A stretch of 64,000 nucleotides of DNA from Vicinamibacterales bacterium (GTDB lineage Bacteria > Acidobacteriota > Vicinamibacteria > Vicinamibacterales > UBA8438). Where the stretch lies: positions 1,765-65,764 of the forward strand of contig CBDBOU010000003.1 of NCBI GenBank assembly GCA_965208535.1, given 5' to 3'. Positions 1-9,966 of this stretch are shown here, one piece after another. Under the pieces are notes generated by a model that saw only the letters and a list, made by a program, of their open reading frames with translations, did no database searches and was not told the origin of the DNA. The translations under genes were made by a program, and so were the position numbers. Within the stretch, counting starts at the first letter, position 1. Each line of letters begins with the position of its first letter.

Positions 1-2
1 AT

Positions 3-1244
3 CACTGGTACCCGGAGCTGTTCGGCGGCGGGGTCGCCGTGCTCGACCTGGACGGCGACGGCCGGTCCGACCTGCTGTTCGTCAACGGCAGGCGGTGGGG
101 ATCGGCCGGCGAGACCCGTCATGGCCTGTTCCGCAACAACGGGGACGGCACTTTCGGCGACGTCTTCGCGGGGAGCGGCCTGGACGGCGCCGAAATCTAC
201 GGCCTGGGAGCCGCGGTCGCCGACTACGACAACGACGGCCGCGACGACCTCTTCCTGACGACGGTGGACGGGGGGCGGCTGTACCGCAACGCGGGGAACG
301 GCACGTTCCGCGACGTGACCGCCGGCTCGGGCATCGGCGACGGCGGGTTCGCGGTCAGCGCCGCGTGGCTCGACTACGACCGCGACGGCCTGGTCGACCT
401 CTTCGTCGGGAACTACGTGGACTGGTCGCCCGAGACCGACACGGGGTGCGGCAATCCACCGGGGTACTGCGGTCCCGACGCGTACCGTCCGGTCGCGCCC
501 ACCCTGTACCGCAACGCCGGGCAGGGTCGCTTCGAGGACGTCACCGCACAGGCCGGCCTCGACGACCCGACCGACAAGGCGATGGGGGTCGCCGTGCTCG
601 ACTACGACGCCGACGGCTGGCCCGACGTGTTCGTCGGCAGCGACCGCGTGCCCGCAAAGCTGTACCACAACGACGGCGCGGGGCGATTCGTCGACGTGGG
701 CCTGCGCGCCGGCGTGTCCCTGAGCGAACGGGGACGGGCGCGCGCGAACATGGGGGTGGACGCGGCCGACTACGACCGGTCGGGCCGCCCGGACATCCTC
801 GTCGGCAATTTCCTCCACGAGATGCTCGGCCTCTATCGCGACGCGGGCGACGGCTTCTACGTGGACGCCGCGCCCCGCACGGCGGTGGGCCGCGCCAGCT
901 ACCAGTCGGTCACCTGGGCGGTCTTCTTCCTGGATGTCGACCTCGACGGCCGCCTCGACATCTTCGCCGCGAACGGCGGCACCGACGAGTCGCAGGGGAT
1001 GCTGGATTCGCGAGCGCGGCTCAGCCAGCCGCCGCTGCTGCTCAGAAACCGGGGCGACGACACGTTTCAGGACGCCAGCCGCGGAGCGGGCGAGGCGTTC
1101 GGCCGGCCGGCCATGGGGCGGGGGGCCGCCTACGCCGACTTCGACGGCGACGGGGATCTCGACCTCGTGCCCTCGGCAACCGGCTTGTCTCCGAGGTCGC
1201 GAGCGCCGACGTGCTGGAGGTCCTCACGCCGATCTCGCACGTGA
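3..1244 (+). CDS. FG-GAP/VCBS-repeat (CRTAC1/ASPIC-UnbV family) protein; 5' end outside the window, C-terminus truncated
   Basis: Repeated DxDxDGxxDL FG-GAP motifs with LYRNxGxGxF and MGVDAADYD. The frame is open from position 3. Homology stops at DGDLDLV (about 1168), where an integrase fragment begins, so the C-terminal ASPIC/UnbV domain is missing. Confidence 0.85.
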   Translation, partial: HWYPELFGGGVAVLDLDGDGRSDLLFVNGRRWGSAGETRHGLFRNNGDGTFGDVFAGSGLDGAEIYGLGAAVADYDNDGRDDLFLTTVDGGRLYRNAGNGTFRDVTAGSGIGDGGFAVSAAWLDYDRDGLVDLFVGNYVDWSPETDTGCGNPPGYCGPDAYRPVAPTLYRNAGQGRFEDVTAQAGLDDPTDKAMGVAVLDYDADGWPDVFVGSDRVPAKLYHNDGAGRFVDVGLRAGVSLSERGRARANMGVDAADYDRSGRPDILVGNFLHEMLGLYRDAGDGFYVDAAPRTAVGRASYQSVTWAVFFLDVDLDGRLDIFAANGGTDESQGMLDSRARLSQPPLLLRNRGDDTFQDASRGAGEAFGRPAMGRGAAYADFDGDGDLDLVPSATGLSPRSRAPTCWRSSRRSRT

Positions 1245-1294
1245 AGGTCCAGACGGCCGGGAACGTGCGGCAGCGCATCAGCGCGGTGATGGAC
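1169..1294 (+). pseudogene. P4-type tyrosine integrase central (core-binding) domain fragment
   Basis: Translates as LGNRLVSEVASADVLEVLTPISHVKVQTAGNVRQRISAVMD, matching the IntA/P4 pattern (ADVLxVLxPIW..K.ETA.RVRQRI..V). Confidence 0.7.
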
Positions 1295-1344
1295 TCCCCG
1301 GCTACACCCGGCCGTGGACATCCACGGATCACGGATCCACGGAC

Positions 1345-1435
1345 CGTAACCGTGGGCCGCCATCTTCTCCACGACTCCCGTTCGCCGGTCGTCGGCGTCG
1401 ACCGCAATCAGGGATTGCGTATCGGAATCCTGCAT
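1345..1435 (-). pseudogene. idi: Type I isopentenyl-diphosphate isomerase N-terminal remnant
   Basis: MQDSDTQSLIAVDADDRRTGVVEKMAAH matches the Idi N-terminus (LIxVDxxDxxxGxxEKxxAH). The following LHRAFS segment is absent. Confidence 0.6.
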
Positions 1436-1516
1436 GGGTGTCCACCTCGGAACCGCGGTATCGGCGGAACCGTCGACCGGATGTTTTGCCCCCGGGAAGT
1501 CGTCGGCCCGCTGGGG

Positions 1517-2692
1517 TCACCATTCTCGCGAATCTTCCTCGAACACCGAGGTCGGCAGGCTGTAGGAATGCTCGTACTCGCCCAGATTCGAGACTTCGAG
1601 CAGACTCCTGAACCGCGACCTCGACCGGTACGCGGCCAGGGGCGGCGCGAGCTTCCGCAGCATCCTGTCGGCAAGATTGCGCAGCCGCAGCAACGCAAGC
1701 TCCTTCTTCAGTCTTCCGCCGGGGAACCTCAGCTCGTCGGCCAGCCCGTCCCCGATCATCTCCCGGGACACCTGGTACATGTACTTCGCCATGGCGCGTC
1801 GCGTCTTGGGCTCGGTGAACCCCAGCACGATCGGCGCGCTGTTGATGATGCTGTTCGCCATGATGATCGCATCCTCGTCGGGCCGCGGCTCGCACTGCGC
1901 CGCAATCTCGAACCACCTGACCGACGACGCGTAGTCCTGGAACAGGATCTGGTCGGGTATCCCCATGAGCCGGCCGGTGTACCGCCAGACATGCACGTAC
2001 GCCTCGCGTTCCCGGTCGCTGAAGTCGCTGCCGAGGTTCGCGACGTGCTGCAGCAGCCTCCCCGAAAAGGCGGCGGCGCCGAGCAGCATGTGGGCCGCGC
2101 TGAGGGGGACCCCGTACACCGACTCGTCCCATTCATCGGCAGTCGCAATCAGCCGCCTCGCTTGCGCATGCACGAGTCGGATTCTGAGGCTGAGCTTCCA
2201 CCCGTCGCCGCCCGGCTCGATGCCCCCGGGCAGATACTGTTCCACGAGTTGCAGCAGGTTCTGCTTGAGCCGCCGAACCCCGTTCGTCATGATGCGGCTC
2301 CGAATGCGGAACGACTTGCTGATGAGTGTGGAAAAGCCCTCGATGATGGCCCCGCCCACCAGGGCGCCCATCACCATCTCGGAGTTGCGCAGAAGGGCCC
2401 GGGTCGCATCGCGGGCCAGATCGCGGTCGAACCAGTCGGGCAGGACGCCCGCGTCCGCAATCAGGTCACGCAGCGACTCGGGCGTGTCGGCCGGCAGATC
2501 ACTGAAGTTGTCGAGCGTTGTCGCGATGATTCCGTGCGCGTCCGCCGGCGACGCGTTCGCCGCCAAGTCGGCGACCACGACATCGGCCACCGGGTCTCCC
2601 AGCATCGTGTGGCGGACGTATTTCTCGGCCAGCAGCGGATCGACTTTGCGGGCGGTTTCGTAACCGGCGACGTAGGCGTCCGGGACGTTCAT
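1517..2692 (-). CDS. Oxygenase MpaB / rubber oxygenase (Lcp)-like heme protein (DUF2236 family)
   Basis: GDPVAD, PDWFD, IRLVHAQAR (heme-ligating His motif) and HVWRYTGRLMGIP. Start chosen at ATG 2692; the ORF is open to 2725. Confidence 0.85.
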   Translation of the reverse strand: MNVPDAYVAGYETARKVDPLLAEKYVRHTMLGDPVADVVVADLAANASPADAHGIIATTLDNFSDLPADTPESLRDLIADAGVLPDWFDRDLARDATRALLRNSEMVMGALVGGAIIEGFSTLISKSFRIRSRIMTNGVRRLKQNLLQLVEQYLPGGIEPGGDGWKLSLRIRLVHAQARRLIATADEWDESVYGVPLSAAHMLLGAAAFSGRLLQHVANLGSDFSDREREAYVHVWRYTGRLMGIPDQILFQDYASSVRWFEIAAQCEPRPDEDAIIMANSIINSAPIVLGFTEPKTRRAMAKYMYQVSREMIGDGLADELRFPGGRLKKELALLRLRNLADRMLRKLAPPLAAYRSRSRFRSLLEVSNLGEYEHSYSLPTSVFEEDSREW

Positions 2693-2738
2693 CAATGCCC
2701 CCCGGCGTCGGGTGAGCGCCGCCACACGGGCATCGCCG

Positions 2739-4109
2739 TCATCTTGTGCGCTCCCTGACGGTCACCCGAAAGCCGAGCACGCCGACCCCGACGTTCTCGC
2801 GTTTCGGTGGGCGGCTCGAAACCGGCTCTACCCGCAAGCGCTGCGTGATGGCGGCCAGCGCCAGCACGAACAGCATTGCCGCCAGATCCGCGCCGGAGCA
2901 GGCATGCGGACCGGCGCCGAACGGGATATAGGCATGCTCCGGACACGGCGGGCCGGCACGGCCCGATGCTTCCAGCCAGCGCTCCGGCCAAAACTCGCCG
3001 GCGCGCTCCCAGCACTCGGCGCGGTGGTGCAGCACGCGCATCCCGATGTACACCAGCGTACCCCGCGGAATGCGGTAGCCGCCGAGCTGGCAGTCCTGCT
3101 CCACCTGTCGCGCCCGCATGACGTAGGGCGGCGGCTCCAGGCGCAGGGTTTCCTGGAACACCGCGCGCACGTAGGCCAGCCGCGGCAGGTCGCCGGCCGC
3201 AACCGGGCGGTCGCCCAGCACGTCCGCCACTTCCTGCTCGACCCGCTCCCGGATAGCCGGGTTGCGCGCCAGGTGATCGAGCGCGAAGCACAGGGCGGCC
3301 GTCGGCGCATCCGTGAACGCACACAGGAAGCCGATCATCTCGTCGCGCAGCGCCCTGGCATTGGGATACGACCACTCGCTGCGCCTCTGGTCAGCCGCCC
3401 GCACGAGGCGCGAAACCAGGTCGCGGCCCGCGTGGGACGGATCGCCGGCGCGTTCGATGGCGCCGTAGATCGCCGCATCCAGCGCGGCCGTGTCGGGCAC
3501 CCGGCCGGCCTTCTTGACATGCTGGCCGAACGGCAGCAGATCAAGCAGTATGGCCGCCTTCAGCAGCCTGCCGATCCGCAGGCCCTCGGCGCGGCCCGCG
3601 GCATGCCCCAGCGCAGCGTCCACCAGCGCGTCCCAGACGTAGCGCTCGATCTCCGGCCGCAGGTCCACGGTCCGGCCCGGCTGGAGCCGCCCGCAAAGCT
3701 CCCGCGCATGGGCCGCAATCGCCTCGGCGTACGCCGCCAGGCAATCGTCCGCGAACGCGGCCGCCATGAGCTCGCTGCGCCAGCGATGGTCCTCGCCGTG
3801 ATGCACCGGCAGGCAGCCGTACTCCATCAGCGGGTTCGGCTCCCTGCCCCCGGGCGCCCACGGGGGGAACAGCTCCACGCGACTGACGAGCACTTCCTGG
3901 ATCAGCGCGGCGTCGAATACGGCACAGCACCGCAGCCCCGGCAGTCCGAAGTACACGATGTCGCCATGGTCCCGATGCAGGCGTTCCATGAACTCCGGAA
4001 AGCTGGTGAGCCGCTCGAAGTAGTTGCGCAGACGGCGGCCGCGTGGACCGGGCGGCAGCGCCGGAGAGTTGCCGGCCTCGTAGTGCGCCGCTCCTGCCTC
4101 TTGCATCAT
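2739..4109 (-). CDS. Cytochrome P450 with atypical I-helix
   Basis: LPPGP N-terminus, ETLR (ExxR), FWPERW, heme motif PFGAGPHACSG. The ATG overlaps the upstream TGA (ATGA coupling at 4106-4109). Confidence 0.9.
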   Translation of the reverse strand: MMQEAGAAHYEAGNSPALPPGPRGRRLRNYFERLTSFPEFMERLHRDHGDIVYFGLPGLRCCAVFDAALIQEVLVSRVELFPPWAPGGREPNPLMEYGCLPVHHGEDHRWRSELMAAAFADDCLAAYAEAIAAHARELCGRLQPGRTVDLRPEIERYVWDALVDAALGHAAGRAEGLRIGRLLKAAILLDLLPFGQHVKKAGRVPDTAALDAAIYGAIERAGDPSHAGRDLVSRLVRAADQRRSEWSYPNARALRDEMIGFLCAFTDAPTAALCFALDHLARNPAIRERVEQEVADVLGDRPVAAGDLPRLAYVRAVFQETLRLEPPPYVMRARQVEQDCQLGGYRIPRGTLVYIGMRVLHHRAECWERAGEFWPERWLEASGRAGPPCPEHAYIPFGAGPHACSGADLAAMLFVLALAAITQRLRVEPVSSRPPKRENVGVGVLGFRVTVRERTR

Positions 4110-5474
4110 GCACCCGGCCTGCGTTCGTCGACCCGCGCGCTGATCGGCCCCTTCACGCCCAGCCCGAGCAGTTCGGCCTTGAACGGCGTGGGCGACACCA
4201 GCGTGAGCCGTATGCCCTGCGCGCAACTCGCGAGCGTGAGCACCACCAGCATCGTCGCGAATTCCCAGCCGAGACAACTGTGCGGTCCGATGAAGAACGG
4301 CGTATAGGCATGTTCGGGACGGGCATCCGGCGCGTCGCCCAACCAGCGCTCCGGCCGGAACTCCGTCGGATGCTCCCAGTGCGCGGGATCCTGGTGCGAC
4401 TCGCCCAGACAGGGCTGCGCAATGGTGCCCTGCGGGATCCGGTAGCCGCCGATGGAGCAGTCCTCCGCCGCCTGCCGCCAGTGGGAAGTCCCGGCGTAGG
4501 ACGGCGGCCGCAGCCGGAAGCTCTCCCGGGCGACCGCCTGCGTGTAGGGCAGCCGGTCGAAGTCCGCGCCCGTAATGGGGCGGTCGCCGAGCATCTCGTC
4601 GACCTCCCGCTCCAGGCGCTCGCGCACGTCGGGATGCGCGTCGAGCAGCTCGAGGCTCCACACGAGCCCCATCATGGGCGAGTCGATGGAGCCGAGCACG
4701 ATCATGTAGAGCTCGTCGCGCAACTCGGCGTCGCCGCCGGCGAACGGGCAGCCGCCCTGCGCGTCGGCCGTCCGGACGACGTGCGAGGCCATGTCCGCGC
4801 CGTCGTGCCCCGCATTACGGGCCTTCCGCATCGCTCCGTACACGGCGTCGTCCATGGCCCGGATCGCCTGCTCTGCGCGGCGGTTTCCAGGCAGCGGCAG
4901 GCGCTTGAGCGCCGCCGACAGCGGCAGGTAGCTCAGCGCCCAGTCGCGCTTGATTGCCGCACCGGCATCCCAGGCCACTTCCGGCGGAATGCGCGGTTCG
5001 GTTCCCAGCAGCGCGTCGAGCAGCGCGCTGCAGGTGAGGCGACCGGTTTCGGACTTGTAGTCGATCGTCTGTCCCGGATGCCAGCGCGCCTTCATCTCGT
5101 GGACATTGTCGGCGATCAGATCGGCATACTTGCGCATGCGATCCTGGACGAACGCGCCACCGAACACCTCCCGCACGCTCTGGTGGTGCTCGCCGTGGTC
5201 GCGCGGCATGCACTCGGTCCTGATGACGCCGTAGCCCGCCGCGTCGCGGAACGCGGGAAAGATATCCGCCTTCTCGACCAGCACCTCGCGGATGAGATCC
5301 GCGTCGAACAGCGCGCATGCCCGGAATCTGGTAGTGGACGATGTCGCCGTACTCCGCGCGCAGCCGCTTCATCATCCCGCGGAAGTCGCGGGACCGCTCC
5401 ACGAAGTTGCGCAACCGCCGTCCTTGCGGCCCCGGCGGCAACCCCGATCGTCCGTTGTCGGCAACCTGTATCAT
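4106..5474 (-). pseudogene. Cytochrome P450, frameshifted near 5315
   Basis: The N-terminus (MIQV..LPPGPQGRRLRNF..YGDIVHYQIPGM) is in one frame. The remainder (ALFDADLIREVL..ESFR..FRPERW..PFFIGPHSCLG) is in another. It is a paralogue of the downstream P450. Confidence 0.85.
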
Positions 5475-5498
5475 TCACCGCCTCCCTTGCCCCGGCCG

Positions 5499-8400
5499 TC
5501 AACCGTTCGCCGGCGCAACCGGCGCCAGGACGCCGCCCACCGCCGGACGCAAAGCCGTGAGCCGAAAGTACACCGTGGCCAGGGCCGGCACCACGAGCAT
5601 CAGAATCGCCGTTGCGAACACCAGCCCGAAACCCAGCGAAACCCCGAGCGGACTGAGGAACTGGGCCTGGATGCTGCGTTCGAAAATCAGCGGGGCGAAA
5701 CCCAGGAACGTCGTCATGGACGTCAGCATGATCGGGCGGAAGCGTCCCTTGGCGCCCTCGATGACCGCCCGGCCCACGGGCAGACCGCAGCGGATCTTCT
5801 CCTGGATGAAGTCGATCATCACGAGTGAATCGTTCACGACGACGCCGGTAAGGCCGATGATGCCCCACATCGACGTGGCGCTCAATCCGATGCCCATGAC
5901 CAGGTGGCCCAGGACCGCGCCCACGATGCCGAACGGTATGGCGGCCATCACCAGCAACGGAATCGTATAGGAGCCGAACGGAATCGCCAGCAGCGCGTAG
6001 ATGGCCAGCACCGCCAGCGCCAGACCGCGCGTCAACCCTTCGAACGACTCCGCCTGTTGCTGCTGCTGCCCGCCCAGCGCGTACGTCAGTCCGGGATTGG
6101 CGCGGCGCAGTTCGGGCAGCGTCGCGGCAGTCAAGGCGGCAGTGGCTTCCCCGCCCGTGATCACGCCGTCGTCGACATCGGCGGTGACGGTCACGACGCG
6201 CCGGCCGTCCTTGCGCCGAATGGACGACAGGGTCTCTCCCATGCCGATCGTCGCCACGCGCCGGAGGGGGACTTCGGCCCCGTCGGGCGTGCGGATCAGG
6301 TAGTCCTCGACGTCGGCTATGGCGTTCCGCTCCGCGCGCGGCAGGCGCACGTAGACGCGGACGTCTTCGCGGCCCCGCTGCACGCGCAGCGCCTCCTCGC
6401 CGAAGAATCCGGAACGGACCTGGCGCGCCAGTCCGTCGAGCGTCAACCCCAGGGTGCGCGCCGACGGCAGCAACTCGATCTGCAGCTCACGAACGCCCGG
6501 CGAATGGTCCGCACGGACATCGAAGACGCCCTGCAACCGGCGCAGCTCGGCCGTTACCGACTCGGCGATGGGACCGAGCCGATCCGGATCGGGATGCGAC
6601 AACTCCACCTGCACCGGCACACCGAGATTCAGCAGTTCCGCGCCGAACGTCAGGCTGCGGGCCGCCGGTATCACGCCCGCTTCTTCCCGCCAGGCCTGGG
6701 CGAACGCCTCCGCGCTGACATCCCGCTGCTCGGCGCCGAGCAGGCGGAACTCCACCGCCGCGATGTTGCTCTCGGGATTCAGACTGGGGTCCTGCTCGAT
6801 GGAGCCGCCCAGCGTCCGCGCCCGCATCCCGACCGACAGGTTCACCCCGGTCAGCAGGTCCGGCGCGCCGTCGGGACGGTTGCGCTCCAGGCGCTCGACG
6901 GCGCGGTGTCCCGCGGCTTCCAGCTCGTAGGCGAGCTCCGCGGTGCGCTGCGCCGGCGTGCCTTCGGGCATCACCAGGTTGGCCGTGACGATGTCGGATT
7001 CGACATCCTCGATGAAGATCACGGCTACGATGCCGGATCCCACCAGGCCGACGCTCAGGATGACCATACCCAGGCCGCCCGCAATCACCACGGCGGGCTG
7101 GCCGGTAGCCAGCCGCAACCCCCAATCGAGCGGCCCGTCGATGAACCAGCGCAGTCCGCGGTCCACGTGGCCCTGAATCCACGCGAAGAAACGCTCGACG
7201 ACATTGGACGGCGGCAGCGCCGGATCCGGCAGGTGCGACAGGTGGTTCGGCAGCACCAGCAGCGACTCGACCAGCGACACCAGCAGCACCCCGATCAGGA
7301 TGATCGAGAGCGGACGCATCATGGCGCCGATGGGTCCGGGGATGAGCAGAAGCGGCGCGAAGGCGGCCACGGTGGTCAGCACCGCAAAGATCAGGGGACG
7401 CTTGATCCGCTGCACGCCCCGTATCGCCGCAGCCAGGCCCGGCGCGCCGCTGCGCCGCTCCGAATGGATGTTCTCGGCCACCACGATGGCGTCGTCCACC
7501 ACGATGCCGACCGCGAGAATGAACGCGAACAGGGAGATGGTGTTGAGCGAGACATCGAACGCCAGCGCCACGGCCAGCGCGCCGACAAAGGAGATGCCGA
7601 TGCCGGCCGCCACCCACACGGCGAGCCGGATCTCCAGGAACAGCGCCAATGCGGCCAGCACCAGCAGCAATCCCAGGGCGCCGTTCTCGAGCAGCAGGGC
7701 CACGCGGCTCTCGTACACTTCCGCGTCGTTGTTCCAGATGTCCACCGCCACGCCGGCCGGCAGGGCCGGAACGACCTGCCGCTCCAGGTGCTCTTCGACC
7801 GCCGCGACGACCGCCATCACCTGCTCGCCGGATGAGCGGTACACCTCAACGAAGGCCGCACGCTGGCCGTTGTAGCGGGCGATCAGGTCGGCGTCCTGGA
7901 AGCCGTCACGCACCGTGGCGATGTCGCCCAGCCGCACCGCCGTTCCGTCGGCGCGGCTCAGGATGATGATTTCCTCGAAGTCCTGCTGGTCGTAGGCCTG
8001 GCCCGTGGTCCGCACCCGCACCTGGGCGTCCCGGGTCTCCAGGCGGCCGGCGGAGAGGTCCAGCGAACCGGCGCGTACGGCATCCGCCACGTCGGTGAGC
8101 GTCAACCCCAGGGCGCGCAGGCGGCGCAGCGGCGCCTCGATGGAGATCTCGTAGTTGCGCACACCGCTCGTTTCCGCGTGCGACACCCCCGTCAACGTTG
8201 CGAGCTCGTCCTCGACGCCCTGCGCGATCTGCTTTAGCGCGCGCTCGGAAACGTCGCCGTGGATCACGAGGCGCAGCACGCTCTGGCGATTCGTCATCTC
8301 GCGGATGGCCGGACGCTCCGCCCGCGCAGGGAAGGTCTGAATGCGGCCGACGGCAGACTCGACGTCGTCGAGCGCCGCACGGAGATCCCGCCCCGTCCGA

Positions 8401-8717
8401 AGCTCGACGATGACCGACGCCAGCCCCTCGGCAGCGACCGAGGACACCGCGTTGACGCCTTCCAGAGTCGCAACCTGCTCCTCGATCTTGACGGCGATCG
8501 ACTCTTCCACTTCGGCCGGCGTGGCCCCCGGGTACACCACGGTGACCTCGATGGCGTCGAGGGAAACCGTGGGAAACGCCTCCTGCACCAGTCCGGGCAG
8601 CGAGAGCAGGCCCGCGGCCACCAGGAAGAACATCAGGAGATTGGCAGCGACGCCGTTGCTGGCCATCCAGGCGATGGGGCCGCGCACTTCGGGCGCCGGG
8701 GCGCCGTCCGGACTCAT
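5499..8717 (-). CDS. RND efflux permease (AcrB/AcrD/AcrF family)
   Basis: 1072 aa with GIVVDDAIVVAENI, GVVVNDSLVMID and RFRPIMLTSMTT motifs. Confidence 0.95.
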   Translation of the reverse strand: MSPDGAPAPEVRGPIAWMASNGVAANLLMFFLVAAGLLSLPGLVQEAFPTVSLDAIEVTVVYPGATPAEVEESIAVKIEEQVATLEGVNAVSSVAAEGLASVIVELRTGRDLRAALDDVESAVGRIQTFPARAERPAIREMTNRQSVLRLVIHGDVSERALKQIAQGVEDELATLTGVSHAETSGVRNYEISIEAPLRRLRALGLTLTDVADAVRAGSLDLSAGRLETRDAQVRVRTTGQAYDQQDFEEIIILSRADGTAVRLGDIATVRDGFQDADLIARYNGQRAAFVEVYRSSGEQVMAVVAAVEEHLERQVVPALPAGVAVDIWNNDAEVYESRVALLLENGALGLLLVLAALALFLEIRLAVWVAAGIGISFVGALAVALAFDVSLNTISLFAFILAVGIVVDDAIVVAENIHSERRSGAPGLAAAIRGVQRIKRPLIFAVLTTVAAFAPLLLIPGPIGAMMRPLSIILIGVLLVSLVESLLVLPNHLSHLPDPALPPSNVVERFFAWIQGHVDRGLRWFIDGPLDWGLRLATGQPAVVIAGGLGMVILSVGLVGSGIVAVIFIEDVESDIVTANLVMPEGTPAQRTAELAYELEAAGHRAVERLERNRPDGAPDLLTGVNLSVGMRARTLGGSIEQDPSLNPESNIAAVEFRLLGAEQRDVSAEAFAQAWREEAGVIPAARSLTFGAELLNLGVPVQVELSHPDPDRLGPIAESVTAELRRLQGVFDVRADHSPGVRELQIELLPSARTLGLTLDGLARQVRSGFFGEEALRVQRGREDVRVYVRLPRAERNAIADVEDYLIRTPDGAEVPLRRVATIGMGETLSSIRRKDGRRVVTVTADVDDGVITGGEATAALTAATLPELRRANPGLTYALGGQQQQQAESFEGLTRGLALAVLAIYALLAIPFGSYTIPLLVMAAIPFGIVGAVLGHLVMGIGLSATSMWGIIGLTGVVVNDSLVMIDFIQEKIRCGLPVGRAVIEGAKGRFRPIMLTSMTTFLGFAPLIFERSIQAQFLSPLGVSLGFGLVFATAILMLVVPALATVYFRLTALRPAVGGVLAPVAPANG

Positions 8718-9961
8718 TGCCCCTCTCCCGGCGCGGTCTGTACCTGCATGCCTTCGGTGGCCACCGGCAACCCGCCCACTACCGCCGCATCGCCGTCCTG
8801 CAGTGCGCCGCGCAGCAACACCTGCTCATCCGCGTGCTGCAGCACGTCGACCGGCACCAGCGTCACCCGGCCGCCGCGCACCACCCAGACCTCGTCTCCC
8901 GGCCGGAGTGCGGCGCGACGCACGTTGAAGTAGCTCTCCGGGGCGATGCCCTCGATCTCCACGTCGACGAACATCCCCAGGAGCAACGGCGGACCGCCGC
9001 CGCGCGGGGAATCCGCGCCGACCGGGACGCCGTGCGCACCGTCGTCAGGCGCATCCACGGGAACGCCGGCCGCAAACGGCTCCGGCACCCGGACGATCAA
9101 GTCGAGCGTCCGCGTCTGTTCGTCCAGGGCCGTCTCCACGCGGTCGGCGTGGCCTGCCCACGCGTACTGCCGTTTTCCGAACTCGGCCACGACCCGCACG
9201 CGGATCCGGCGCTCCGACTGTCCCGCGCGCAAGTCCCACAGACCCGGCACGAGCGCCGCGCTGGCGTCCGGCAGCGGCGCCACTACCTCCACCGCATCGG
9301 ATGCGTACAGCCGCCCCACGCCCTGCCCGGGCGCCACGTACTGCCCGACTTCCAGCGACTCGACGCGCACCACGCCGTCGAACGGCGCGCGCACCTCGGT
9401 TCGCGACAGCGCCAGTTCGGCCGCCGCCAGCACCGCGTTGTGCCGGTCGAGAACGGCCCGCGCGGCGTCCAGTTGCGGCTGCCAGAACGTCAGCGGACCG
9501 GCTTCCCCGGCCGGCGCTGCGTCCGCCTGACGGCGGCGGAACTCCTCGTACTGGGCGCGTGCGAGGCGCGCCTCTTCCTCGACCCGAAGGATCTCCACCT
9601 GCTGCACCGCGATGTCGCTGCGCACCTGCTCCACGCGGTTGTGGTAGTCGGCATTGTCGATCCGCAGAATCGGCTGCCCTTCGCGGATGCGGCCGCCGCT
9701 CTGGAAGGCCGGCTCCACCCAGACCACGCGCCCGCCGACCTCGGCGGCGATCTCCACTTCGGCGCGCGCCCGCACGGTGCCGGCCACCCGCACGGGAATG
9801 GCGCCGGCGCCGGCTACCACCGGCTCGGTGATGGCGAACGGAACCTGGGAGGGCAGCTCGCCGCGTTCCGGCTCCGGCCGCATCGAGATCATGTAGCCGG
9901 CCGCGGCCAACGACCCGATCAGGATGGCCGCCACGAGGAGAATGCTCCGCGATCGACCCAT
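8714..9961 (-). CDS. RND membrane fusion protein (periplasmic adaptor)
   Basis: N-terminal TM anchor, AEVGGRV, RTEVRAPFDGVV lipoyl-like motif and a coiled coil. Overlaps the RND start by 4 bp. Confidence 0.93.
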   Translation of the reverse strand: MGRSRSILLVAAILIGSLAAAGYMISMRPEPERGELPSQVPFAITEPVVAGAGAIPVRVAGTVRARAEVEIAAEVGGRVVWVEPAFQSGGRIREGQPILRIDNADYHNRVEQVRSDIAVQQVEILRVEEEARLARAQYEEFRRRQADAAPAGEAGPLTFWQPQLDAARAVLDRHNAVLAAAELALSRTEVRAPFDGVVRVESLEVGQYVAPGQGVGRLYASDAVEVVAPLPDASAALVPGLWDLRAGQSERRIRVRVVAEFGKRQYAWAGHADRVETALDEQTRTLDLIVRVPEPFAAGVPVDAPDDGAHGVPVGADSPRGGGPPLLLGMFVDVEIEGIAPESYFNVRRAALRPGDEVWVVRGGRVTLVPVDVLQHADEQVLLRGALQDGDAAVVGGLPVATEGMQVQTAPGEGQ

Positions 9962-9966
9962 CTATA

